A stretch of 64,000 bases of DNA, taken from Chloropicon primus (Eukaryota). The stretch covers positions 186,001 to 250,000 of the forward strand of contig CP060763.1 in NCBI GenBank assembly GCA_023205875.1, read 5' to 3'. Below, one piece after another: positions 1 through 10,300 of the stretch. The position numbers and the translations under genes were made by a program. The first letter of the stretch is position 1, and the number at the start of each line of letters is the position of its first letter. A model generated the notes under the pieces. It was not told the origin of the DNA and did not search any database. It was given only the letters and a program-made list of their open reading frames with translations.

Positions 1-3000
1 TGAGCTGCTTGGTGATCGCGTACTTGCCGATCCCAAGCTTTCCGTTTCTCACGGCATCGCCGAGCTCCTTGAGCTTTCCAAGGACGGTTTCCACCATGTC
101 CTCCTGGTCCTTCTCCCCCAAGATGGTGTCCAGGACGGAGCGGCCAATGTCCTTGGCCAGGAGACTCCAGTCCCTCCTGACCAGGTCGAGGCCCTTGAGC
201 TCAACCACGCGCTGGCCGCCTTCCACCTTCACCGCGGCGTACTTCTTCTTCTTGAGGAGGAGCAGCTTCACGAAGACGGCGTCGATCTCGATCTCCAGGA
301 GCTTGTAACGCTTGTTCACCGCGAGCCTCAGCTGCCTTCCGATCTTGAGAGCGTCCTCCAGCATGGAGACCTTGGTGTCGATGAAGATGGAATCGGTGTC
401 CCCGTAGACCACTTCGACGCCGACCTCCTCCTCGGCCACCCTCGCCGTCTGCTGCAAGATCTCCCTGCCCTGGAAAGTGACCAGCTCAGCCAAGGGCCTC
501 GCGCAGAATCTCGACTGGGAGAATCCCAGGCAGCCGTACATGGAGTTCGCGGTCAGCTTCAAGGCCTGCTGCCTGATGTCCAGCTGCTGCTTCTTCCCCA
601 CATCAGTCTCCTGCTTCAAGAGCTTCTTGACTTCCCTCCTGCGCTGCACGAGGCCGGAGATCACCGCCGGGAGCACCGCGCCCTCCAGAGCCCCTTCGTC
701 GGGGAGCTTTGCCATCTCTCCCTCATTCGGCCTCTCCACGGTCGTCCAGCAGATGCCGAATTCCTGAATGATGCTCGGGTACAAGGAATTGAAATCCAAC
801 ATCATCACAATGTCGTCGTACAGGCCAGACTTGGGGTCCAGGACCAGGCCTCCCGCGTACTTGGCCTTCTTGTCCTTCGCCCCCTGGTCCTTTTGCTGCC
901 ACTGCTTGTCCGGAACCATGAACTTCCTGCCGTGGAACTCGTGGAGCAAAAGGTACTCGATCCTCTGAGCCCTTCCCCCCCTGAGCACTTTGGTCCACTG
1001 GAAACCGCTCAGGTTGGTCAGCTGCCTCGTCAACGGAAGGACGGAGAGGTGGAACATGAGCCCGAGGGAGAGCCAGGCGTCCTGCTCGGCCAGGGTCACG
1101 AGCTGGAAGAGATCCTTGGACGAGTAGAACACGGAGCTCATGTCCATGGAGGAGCTCATCTCGACCTTGGTCTCCCCCAGCAACTCGCGAGACAGGGCCT
1201 TGAGAGAGTAATCGGACTGCCGGACGAACTCCCTCGCGGACAAGTACGTATCGCAGACCAACCTTCCCGTGCTTATCGTGGATCCAACCAGGGTGTTGCC
1301 AAAGCTCGACGATTTCTTCTTGTCCACTCCATAAGGCAGGCTGGAGCGCTTCATCCTTCCCACCCTGCTCCAGTGGGGGACTTTGAGGTGTATCATCCTC
1401 GCGTAGAGCACGTCGAGGTCGAAGGCAAGGACGTTATGCCCCACGAGGACATCGGGGTCCAGCGCCCTGAGCCTGGCCACCACGTTGCACAGCAGAGCTC
1501 TCTCGGAGTTGAAGTGGGAGATGATGCTGTTGCCATTCAGCTTGCCGACCTTCGAGGCGTTCCTCTGCTGGCACTCCTTCTCGAAACCGACGGGGAAGGG
1601 CTGGCCGTCCAGCCTTCTCACGCAGCTGAAATGCCTGAGCTGCTTCAGGGTGTTCCACTGGTCCTTTGGCGTCGGCAAGTCGGTTTGGACCTGCTTGATG
1701 TACATCACCGTGCAGGAGATGATCTCGGGCGTGGTCTGGTTTGGCGCGACGTGCGTCTTGAGGTTCACGGCGGCCACCGTCAGAGGTGGGTGGCTGACAG
1801 ACCCCTCACTGACAGAGACAAGCTTGGGGGACTCGACCTGGTACTCCTGCTTGCACCAGGTGATCTGGCTCTCCTGCGGCACTCTGGTCGGGTTGCTGAC
1901 CTTGAGCCACCCGGGACCTTTGAGCTTCCTCTTCAGAATGAGGTGCTCGGAGGTGGAAGTCCTCGCTCCGAACATTCCGCAAAAGAATTCCCCGCACTGA
2001 GAGCTCTCCTGGCTCAGCTCTGGAAGCTGGGCCGAGTACTTGACCTTGACGACCCACTGCATTCCTTTTGGGACCTCCTCGACCTCAAAGGCGTAGTCCC
2101 TCTTCACGGGAACGAGGGTGAACTTGTTCACCCCCCTCGCGGTGAGGAGGCCCCTGATCTCATTCTTCAGGTCCCCCAGCTTGGCGTGCAGAAGCCTCAT
2201 CAGCTTGCCGCGCGCTTGCTTGTCGCCCTCCTTGACCTTGGTCTCGAGCTCTTCGATGGCCTCCATGTCCCCCTCGAGCAGGCTCGGCTTGGGAACGAAG
2301 AAAACGTTCCTCTGCAAGTTTTTCACGATGACGCTGCAGGATTGGAAGCCCCCCTTACCGTCCCTCACCTTGCCGAACATGTACACGCTTCCCTTCATGA
2401 CCGACGACATGGAATTCTCACTGTGGACGTCCAAGAAGTAAAAGTCCAGGGTCTCCTGGGAGCCCTCCACCTCCATGGCCACCTCCGCCGGGGAACCCTG
2501 GTCCACCGCGTCCTTGGCGTCAGACGCCACGTTGATCTCGACGTCGTCCTCGCACATCGTCTCCCACGCGCTCTTCATGGGGGCATCCGAAGCCCCTTCC
2601 TTCTCCTTCTCCGGAACCCCCACGGCTTGCTCCTGCTGCTGCTGCTGCTGCTGTTGTGGGCGCGGAGCCCTCTCCTCTTCGACGCTCGCAGGCACTTCAG
2701 GCGCCTCCTCCTCTTGCTCGAAAGGGGGGTCCAGGCCGAGCATGGGGTCGTCGTTCTCCTGCTGGGCAGGGGGCGGCGCGAAGCTTCTCTTGCCGGCCGA
2801 GGCGGGCCGAGGCTGAGCCCTCGGTCTGGAGAAAGGGTTCCCCTGGACCTCCGCCGCGGGTTGAGCCCTCACCCTCTCCTGCCTGAGGTCTTCGCCAGAC
2901 ACGTTCGTGTCCAAGTCCCCGAGGATGTCCTCCAGCAGAGCGTCGGCCTGGCCGTCCGTCGCAACGTCATTGCTCCCCTGGCCCGCGCTGGCCTGACCCA

Positions 3001-3520
3001 GGGAGATCCCCCCCCTCTTCGGCCCAGCAGCCGTCGCTGCGAGGAACATCTTATCCAACTTCTTCGTCTGATCCGCCGCATCCGAAAGGAGCGTGGTGCT
3101 CTGCTTCTTGGACTTCTTCTTCTCCTTCCGCTTGCTCCCTTCCGCTCCACTCCCAGAAGAAGAACTCTCCTTCCTCTTCCTCCCCGCCTCCCTCTCCTCC
3201 CTCTCCTCACGCTCCCTCTCCTCCTTGTAGTAGTCCACATTCCAGTCGTCCTCCTCCCCGATGTCCACGTACCCTGCGCCCCCATCCTCCACCACGAAGT
3301 CCCCGTACTTGTTCCTCCTCTCGGCCACGAGAGCCGTGTACTCCAAATCGTCCACCACATCGAAGATGGCTTCCTCCTCCTTCAGCTGGTACTCCTCCGC
3401 GCGACGGGAACCTTTCTCACGAAGGGCAACGAGACTCTCAAGCTTCGACTTGGCGCGGTTCGATCGACTCGCGTTCCGACCGCGCCTGCCCCCTTGGCCA
3501 CCGTGGTCCTCATTCATCAT
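1..3520 (-). CDS. POLA1: DNA polymerase alpha catalytic subunit (B family), 3' end outside window
   Basis: Manual minus-strand translation from ATG 3520 gives the Pol-alpha N-terminal motif (EEEAIFDVVDDLEY...GDFVVEDGGAGYVDIGEEDDW) and B-family motifs DFNSLYPSII (~765-800), KLTANSMYGCLG (~525-560) and YGDTDSIF (~385-410). Absent from the ORF track because its stop lies outside the window. Confidence 0.97.
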   Translation of the reverse strand, partial: MMNEDHGGQGGRRGRNASRSNRAKSKLESLVALREKGSRRAEEYQLKEEEAIFDVVDDLEYTALVAERRNKYGDFVVEDGGAGYVDIGEEDDWNVDYYKEEREREEREEREAGRKRKESSSSGSGAEGSKRKEKKKSKKQSTTLLSDAADQTKKLDKMFLAATAAGPKRGGISLGQASAGQGSNDVATDGQADALLEDILGDLDTNVSGEDLRQERVRAQPAAEVQGNPFSRPRAQPRPASAGKRSFAPPPAQQENDDPMLGLDPPFEQEEEAPEVPASVEEERAPRPQQQQQQQQEQAVGVPEKEKEGASDAPMKSAWETMCEDDVEINVASDAKDAVDQGSPAEVAMEVEGSQETLDFYFLDVHSENSMSSVMKGSVYMFGKVRDGKGGFQSCSVIVKNLQRNVFFVPKPSLLEGDMEAIEELETKVKEGDKQARGKLMRLLHAKLGDLKNEIRGLLTARGVNKFTLVPVKRDYAFEVEEVPKGMQWVVKVKYSAQLPELSQESSQCGEFFCGMFGARTSTSEHLILKRKLKGPGWLKVSNPTRVPQESQITWCKQEYQVESPKLVSVSEGSVSHPPLTVAAVNLKTHVAPNQTTPEIISCTVMYIKQVQTDLPTPKDQWNTLKQLRHFSCVRRLDGQPFPVGFEKECQQRNASKVGKLNGNSIISHFNSERALLCNVVARLRALDPDVLVGHNVLAFDLDVLYARMIHLKVPHWSRVGRMKRSSLPYGVDKKKSSSFGNTLVGSTISTGRLVCDTYLSAREFVRQSDYSLKALSRELLGETKVEMSSSMDMSSVFYSSKDLFQLVTLAEQDAWLSLGLMFHLSVLPLTRQLTNLSGFQWTKVLRGGRAQRIEYLLLHEFHGRKFMVPDKQWQQKDQGAKDKKAKYAGGLVLDPKSGLYDDIVMMLDFNSLYPSIIQEFGICWTTVERPNEGEMAKLPDEGALEGAVLPAVISGLVQRRREVKKLLKQETDVGKKQQLDIRQQALKLTANSMYGCLGFSQSRFCARPLAELVTFQGREILQQTARVAEEEVGVEVVYGDTDSIFIDTKVSMLEDALKIGRQLRLAVNKRYKLLEIEIDAVFVKLLLLKKKKYAAVKVEGGQRVVELKGLDLVRRDWSLLAKDIGRSVLDTILGEKDQEDMVETVLGKLKELGDAVRNGKLGIGKYAITKQL

Positions 3521-4273
3521 GACAACACGAACGCGAACACGAACACGAACGCGAGGAAGTTGTTGTTCGAGAACGTCGAATGCGTCGAGTGAGAGGTCGA
3601 TCGAAAGATCTTGAAGAGAACTTTCGAATGGTGAAAACCTCCTCACGAAAAGACGCGTCTGGAATGCACTGCTCCGCCCCTAAAACCCTCTCCGTCCCGT
3701 CCTCGCCGCTGCGATCGATTTTCTGGTGGTTTCTGTTTTTTTTGGACAAAAAAGGCGCGAACTCATAATAAGTGCACTGTACACTTACAATGACTATGTT
3801 AAATTTGAATTTCTTCTCAAGTCAAATCTTCTGAACTGTGAGGACAAAGACCTGGGAGCACAGCAGGAGGGAGCCGAGGAGGAAGCACAGCGTCTGGGCA
3901 CGGCATTCATTCTGTATCACAACTCCGCATTACTTTTGTTCCTACGAGTTTTTTTCTTTCTCTTTCCATTTTTTCCTTTCTCCCTTGAACTTTTTCTCCA
4001 AGGTGGAGGAGTCCACCGAGCCTTTCGCCTTTGCCTTGGACAACTTGAGTGACTGGATATCTTGTTGTTGTTAGGGACTTCGAGGCTTCCGTCTGGTCAA
4101 CACACGAGCTGGAAGGAGCTTGAGTTGCAGACCCCATTACCCGGGAGCCTGAGGACATCGTCACCTCTTGTCACAAGCTCGTGGTCCACGACTTGACTTG
4201 TTGTGTCTGGTCAAAGGACTTGACTATATCCTAGTACTAGTTATTGATAAGGAGAGAGACTGTTGTGAAGAGG

Positions 4274-5269
4274 ATGACCGAGGAGATAAGTTTGGTGGAC
4301 AGTGACTTCAAGGTGAAGGATGTGGAGGTGATGGTGAAGCTCAAAGGCCAGGACTTGAGGGAGGTCATCTTGGGCTCGTTGGAGTTTGGGGAGGAGGGGA
4401 GCGCGGAGGACTCCAAGGTGTCCATCTTGCTGGACTTTTACTCTTTCCTGGTGAACTTCTCGAGGCAGAACAATTTTACTGTAGAGAAGGCGAGCTGCTT
4501 CCTCAATGTTGCAAAGAGGGTTCATGACTCGAGCGTGGACCAGGTCCTGACGGTGGAGAACTCCCTCTCCCTCCTCAAGGACCTCCTTCTGAAGCACTCG
4601 GTGCACAGGCCACCCTACAGCGTAGGCGTCTTCACCCTCAAGGAACTCCAACTCATCACGGAGTACATGATCGAGACGTACTACAAGCACTACAACCTCT
4701 ACCAGTTCGTTTACGTCAAGGTAAGCCCCTAGCCTCACTCGGGAAGGAACTAGAACTAGAACTAGAACTAGAACGCTTCCCACTCTTCGGTTGGAAGCCC
4801 AAGCCATGAACACTTCCTCTTGTTCTGCTGCTGCTCGGAAGCCCAAGGGTGTCTCTGACATGACTTTGGCTTTGGCTTTGGCTTCGTTTGCTTCGTGGTT
4901 GTGATTGTCCAGGAGTTTTGCATGACGGCGATGCAGACGCATCCGTGCGATAGTATTGAGACGCCGCAGCTGCCTCTGACTCCGCTTGTCGAGGCGTTGA
5001 CCGAGAAGGAGCATCTGAAGAAGCTGGAAGAGGAGCGCCTTGCCAAGGAGGAGGAGGAGAGGCAGAAGAAGTTGGAGGAGGAGGAGAAGGAGAGGGCAGC
5101 CAAGGAGGCTCTCAAGGACGTCGAGTGCACCGAGGAGGTGAGCGACGTGATCGCAAAGACGGTCAACAAGCACGTCGCCATTCTCGAGGAGGAGATGAAG
5201 AAGAAGTTCCAAGAGAGGGAAGAGGAGCTCCTGAAAAAGATCGAGGAGCTTCAGATGAAGGCGAAATGA
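4274..5269 (+). CDS. CFAP119/C1a-32 (CLAMP-family) ciliary central-apparatus protein, two exons
   Basis: Motif LLLKHSVHRPPYSVGVFTLKELQLITEYMIETYYKHYNLYQFVY; phase-0 intron 4721 (GTAAGC)-4912 (CAG) joins it to a coiled-coil C-terminus. Start uncertain; an upstream exon is possible. Confidence 0.75.
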
Positions 5270-5331
5270 AGCTAACTCTTGTATACAAAAAACGATAATA
5301 TTTTTTTGAGACCAGAGTGTCCCGTCTCGTC

Positions 5332-6059
5332 TCAGGCCTTCCCCTGGAGGGCAGCAAAGGCGGTGAAGAGAGCCAGGGAGACTGTGGCAACAACGATGGG
5401 GTTATCAAGGGATAGAAAGTTCGGATCGGCCGCGGAAGCTTCCTCTTCCGCCCTGTCCAGCTCCTCGTCCAAGTCAATGCCGTCCGACGAAGCATCAGCC
5501 AATGCCTTGGCTTGATCCCTCCTCCTGGCCCTCCTCCCCTTCCTCTGGTTCAGGTAATCCGTGTAGAACCACCGCTCCAGCCCTCTGGACTCGTCTCCCT
5601 CGAGATCCTCAAGATACCTCGCGATGTTGTTGAAGATGATGAAGATGTTGTTGTTGTTGTTGTTGATGATGATGATGATGATGATGATGTTCATGTCAGT
5701 GCCTCGCGGTCGAGTTTGATGGTGCGATGAAGCGAATTGTGTGTATCTCCTCACCTGTTCAGTCCACCTTTCCGCTTCGACCTCGCCAGGGACCTTCGCT
5801 CGCTTGGCACGAGGACGAGCCACCAGTACGACGTCAACCCCAAAGGTGTGGCCAGCAGGATGATGGTGGTTCCCAAGTTCGGAGGCTCTGCACCCATTGC
5901 TCTCGCACGTGTGCCAGATCGATCCCGCGGTGGTGATGCGGCTTCCTTCCATCGCGTACGGATGTTACCCCACGCCAGAGGTGTCCTCGACCTCTGGATG
6001 TTCCCAAGCGCCGGCGCCATCGAGCTCAGCCTCAAGCTTGATGATTGATTTGAGCTCAT
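5332..6059 (-). CDS. Hypothetical protein with two hydrophobic segments, probably organelle-targeted; two exons
   Basis: Exon 1 ends ...LLATPLGLTSYWWLVLVPSERRSLARSKRKGGLN; intron 5754-5618; exon 2 RYLEDLEGDESRGLERWFYTDYL...IVVATVSLALFTAFAALQGKA*. The start could be 6059 or 6020. Confidence 0.65.
5626..5690. repeat. (GTT)n/(GAT)n trinucleotide microsatellite inside an intron
   Basis: Visible gttgttgtt...gatgatgatgat run. Confidence 0.9.
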
Positions 6060-6368
6060 CAGATTTTTCGTGGCCCTCGAAGCTGCTGGGCTGGATGGAG
6101 AGAAGGGTCCGGCTAGTGGATGATGATGGTGGGTGATTGGTGATAGTGATGGTGATGCAGGTGATGAGAGTTCTCTCCCTAGCCATCACATTCTTGCTTG
6201 CTTTCTTGCTTTCTTGCTTTCTTGCTTGTTGTCGAGGGATGAGGCTGGGTTCTTGCCGATAGTGTCGGCAGCCGCTCGGGGCGGGGGAAGGAGGGGTGGT
6301 CTTCTTTGCTCTTCTTGCATTACAGAGTGAGGGCTTGCAATCCGATTGTCACCAATGTCTTGAAAAGG

Positions 6369-7061
6369 TTAACCAAACACGAATGGGCGTTGCTGGGGTC
6401 CGCCAAACGAGGGGAAGCTGTAGGCCAGGGCCGGGGCAGCGCCGTTCGCGCGGTCGCGAGTTGCGCCGATTTGGCTGCCAAAGCCTCCAAAGCCTCTTTG
6501 GCCACCCGTTCGCACGCCTCCGCCTCTGATGTAAGCAAGGAAGTCCTTGGGCTCCTCAGAGGCAGCAGGGGCAGAAAAGTCGTTCGCGCGTAACGTGCCT
6601 GACGCTTGTGGAGTCTGGGTGCTGGATACGGATGACCCTCCACTGATGCCGCCGCTCGTGGACACGAACTGGGCGGGAGCCAGTACATCCATCTGCGGGG
6701 CCGGGTCGTCGGAGGATGGACCCAAGGAGGCCAAAGACGAACCCATTGCGTCCACTCCAGCGGTACTCGGAACGTCGGAGGATGGAGCCAAAGAGGCCAA
6801 AGACGAACCCATCGTCTCCGTCGACGCCATTTGGGCAGGAGCAGGAGTTTCCTCCATGGGCATGGAAGGAGGGGTGTCCGACACAATCTCAGAGGTCACG
6901 CTCTCTCCCATCCCTCCAGAGAGAGTCTCAGTCAGCACTTCGATAAATGATTCCCCAGCGCCACCGAGACCAAATAAGTCACCGAGACACTCCGCCGGCG
7001 AGGCCGCCAGGAGGACCAAGGAGGCGAAAAGCAAAACAACGAATGATCGGATAATCGACAT
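6369..7061 (-). CDS. Secreted Ser/Pro/Gly-rich hypothetical protein
   Basis: Signal-peptide-like MSIIRSFVVLLFASLVLLAASPAEC from ATG 7061; duplicated MGSSLASL(A/G)PSSD; ends QQRPFVFG*. Confidence 0.7.
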   Translation of the reverse strand: MSIIRSFVVLLFASLVLLAASPAECLGDLFGLGGAGESFIEVLTETLSGGMGESVTSEIVSDTPPSMPMEETPAPAQMASTETMGSSLASLAPSSDVPSTAGVDAMGSSLASLGPSSDDPAPQMDVLAPAQFVSTSGGISGGSSVSSTQTPQASGTLRANDFSAPAASEEPKDFLAYIRGGGVRTGGQRGFGGFGSQIGATRDRANGAAPALAYSFPSFGGPQQRPFVFG

Positions 7062-7318
7062 CCTTACAGGGAACAACGGCGACAAGGGACCCGTCTTTCT
7101 GGGCCCTCCTCGTCCGTTACATCCGACTCTCCCTCCTTTTGCCACATGCGAATTTTGATTTCCGCTAAATTTTGCCAAACTTGCCATGGCAATTTATCTG
7201 TGAGCCATGGCAGTCGGCGGATGGTGCGGAGCCAGAGCCAAACGCGACGAGACGTTGTCGCACAACCTCGACCATCCCGGCTGAGATCCGCTACCACTGA
7301 CCGCCGAACCAAGCCCCG

Positions 7319-10300
7319 ATGATGATTGCCGTGATGAGCAGAACGTGTGTGGCATTCCTCTGCCTTGCGCTCCTTTGGCCTGCAGTAATTGCCAGTTCCT
7401 TCTGCGACGAAACGAGCACTTGCATCAACAGCACCATCACGGGTGGAAGCACCGTACAAGATGGCAGCAATGTGACCGATAGCACCGTGCAGATGGGCAG
7501 CGTTGTGTCGAACAGCAATGTCACAGGAATGTCTGTGATCACCGACAGCAAGGTCGAGTTTGGCAGCACCGTCACAGGAATGTCTGAGATCACCGACAGC
7601 AAGGTCGAGTTTGGCAGCACCGTTGACAACAGCACAGTGCAGATGGGCAGCACCGTGCTGACCAGCAACGTCACAGGAATGTCTAAGGTGCTCGACGTCA
7701 GCCTCGTTGACGAAAGCATCGTCACAGGAATGTCTGAGATCACCGACAGCAAGGTCGAGTTTGGCAGCACCGTTGACAACAGCACAGTGCAGATGGGCAG
7801 CTTTGTGCTGACCAGCAACGTCACAGGAATGTCTAAGGTGCTCGACGTCAGCCTCGTTGACGAAAGCATCGTCACAGGAATGTCTGAGATCACCAACAGC
7901 TTGGTCGTGTCTGACAGCACCGTTGACAACAGCACCGTGCAGATGGGCAGCACCGTGCTGACCAGCAACGTCACAGGAATGTCTAAGGTGCTCGACGTCA
8001 GCGTCGTGTCTGGCAGCACCGTTGACAACAGCACCGTTGAAAATAGCACCGTTGACGAAAGCGTCGTCACAGGAATGTCTGAGATCACCGACAGCAAGGT
8101 CTTGTCTGACAGCACCGTCACAGGAATGTCTGAGATCACCGACAGCAAGGTCTTGTCTGGCAGCACCGTTGACGAAAGCGTCGTCACAGGAATGTCTAAG
8201 ATCACTAACAGCAAGGTCTTGTCTGGCAGCACCGTTGACGAAAGCGTCGTCAAGGGAATGTCTGAGATCACCGACAGCTTGGTCTTGTCTGACAGCACCG
8301 TGCAGATGGGCAGCTTTGTGCTGACCAGCAACGTCACAGGAATGTCTGAGATCACTAACAGCAAGGTCTTGTCTGGCAGCACCGTTGACGAAAGCGTCGT
8401 CACAGGAATGTCTGAGATCACCGACAGCAAGGTCTTGTCTGGCAGCACCGTTGACGAAAGCGTCGTCACAGGAATGTCTGAGATCACTGACAGCAAGGTC
8501 TTGTCTGGCAGCACCGTTGACGAAAGCAACGTCACAGGAATGTCTGAGATCTCTAACAGCAAGGTCGAGTTTGGCAGCACCGTCACAGGAATGTCTGAGA
8601 TCACCGACAGCAAGGTCGAGTTTGACAGCACCGTTGACAACAGCACCGTGCAGATGGATAGTCTTGTGGTGAACAGCACCGTCACAGGAATGTCTGAGAT
8701 CAACAGAAGCAAGGTCGAGTTTGGCAGCACCGTCACAGGAATGTCTGAGATCACCGACAGCAAGGTCGAGTTTGGCAGCACCGTTGACGAAAGCGTCGTC
8801 ACAGGAATGTCTGAGATCACTAACAGCAAGGTCTTGTCTGGCAGCACCGTTGACGAAAGCGTCGTCAAGGGAATGTCTGAGATCACCGACAGCAAGGTCG
8901 AGTTTGGCAGCACCGTCACAGGAATGTCTGAGATCACCGACAGCAAGGTCGAGTTTGACAGCACCGTTGACAACAGCACCGTGCAGATGGATAGTCTTGT
9001 GGTGAACAGCACCGTCACAGGAATGTCTGAGATCAACAGAAGCAAGGTCGAGTTTGGCAGCACCGTCACAGGAATGTCTGAGATCACCGACAGCAAGGTC
9101 GAGTTTGGCAGCACCGTTGACGAAAGCGTCGTCACAGGAATGTCTGAGATCACTAACAGCAAGGTCTTGTCTGGCAGCACCGTTGACGAAAGCGTCGTCA
9201 AGGGAATGTCTGAGATCACTGACAGCAAGGTCTTGTCTGACAGCACCGTCACAGGAATGTCTGAGATCACCAACAGCAAGGTCTTGTTTGGCAGCACCGT
9301 TGACAACAGCACCGTGCAGATGGATAGTCTTGTGGTGAACAGCACCGTCACAGGAATGTCTGAGATCAACAAAAGCAAGGTCGAGTTTGGCAGCACCGTC
9401 ACAGGAATGTCTGAGATCACCGACAGCAAGGTCGAGTTTGGCAGCACCGTTGACGAAAGCGTCGTCACAGGAATGTCTGAGATCACTGACAGCAAGGTCT
9501 TGTCTGGCAGCACCGTTGACGAAAGCAACGTCACAGGAATGTCTGAGATCACCGACAGCAAGGTCTTGTCTGACAGCACCGTCACAGGAATGTCTGAGAT
9601 CACCGACAGCAAGGTCGAGTTTGGCAGCACCGTTGACGAAAGCGTCGTCACAGGAATGTCTGAGATCACTAACAGCAAGGTCTTGTCTGGCAGCACCGTT
9701 GACGAAAGCGTCGTCAAGGGAATGTCTGAGATCACCGACAGCTTGGTCGTGTCTGACAGCACCGTGCAGATGGGCAGCTCTGTGCTGACCAGCAACGTCA
9801 CAGGAATGTCTGAGATCACCGACAGCAAGGTCTTGTCTGGCAGCACCGTTGACAACAGCACCGTGCAGATGGATAGTCTTGTGGTGACCAGCACCGTCAC
9901 AGGAATGTCTGAGATCACCAACAGCGACGTCTTGTCTGGCACCGTTGGCAACAGCAATGTGACAGATAGCACCGTGCAGATGGGCAGCTCTGTGTCCAAC
10001 AGCAACGTCACAGCAATGTCTGAGATCACCAACAGCAAGGTCGAGTTTGGCAGCACCGTTGACGAAAGCGTCGTCAAGGGAATGTCTGAGATCACCAACA
10101 GCAAGGTCATCCTTGACAGCACCGTTGACGAAAGCGTCGTCACAACAATGTCTGAGATCTCTAACAGCAAGGTCTTGTCTGGCAGCACCGTTGACGAAAG
10201 CAACGTCACAGGAATGTCTGAGATCACTAACAGCAAGGTCTTGTCTGGCAGCACCGTTGACGAAAGTGTCGTCACAGGAATGTCTGAGATCACCGACAGC

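Noticed and set aside
893..3592. 899-aa plus-strand ORF
   Set aside because: Antisense shadow of Pol alpha; GC3-rich codon usage suppresses stops on the opposite strand.
4800..4865. Intronic C/D snoRNA in the CFAP119-like intron
   Set aside because: CTGA is present but the C box (ATGAAC) is poor and no rRNA guide is recognisable.
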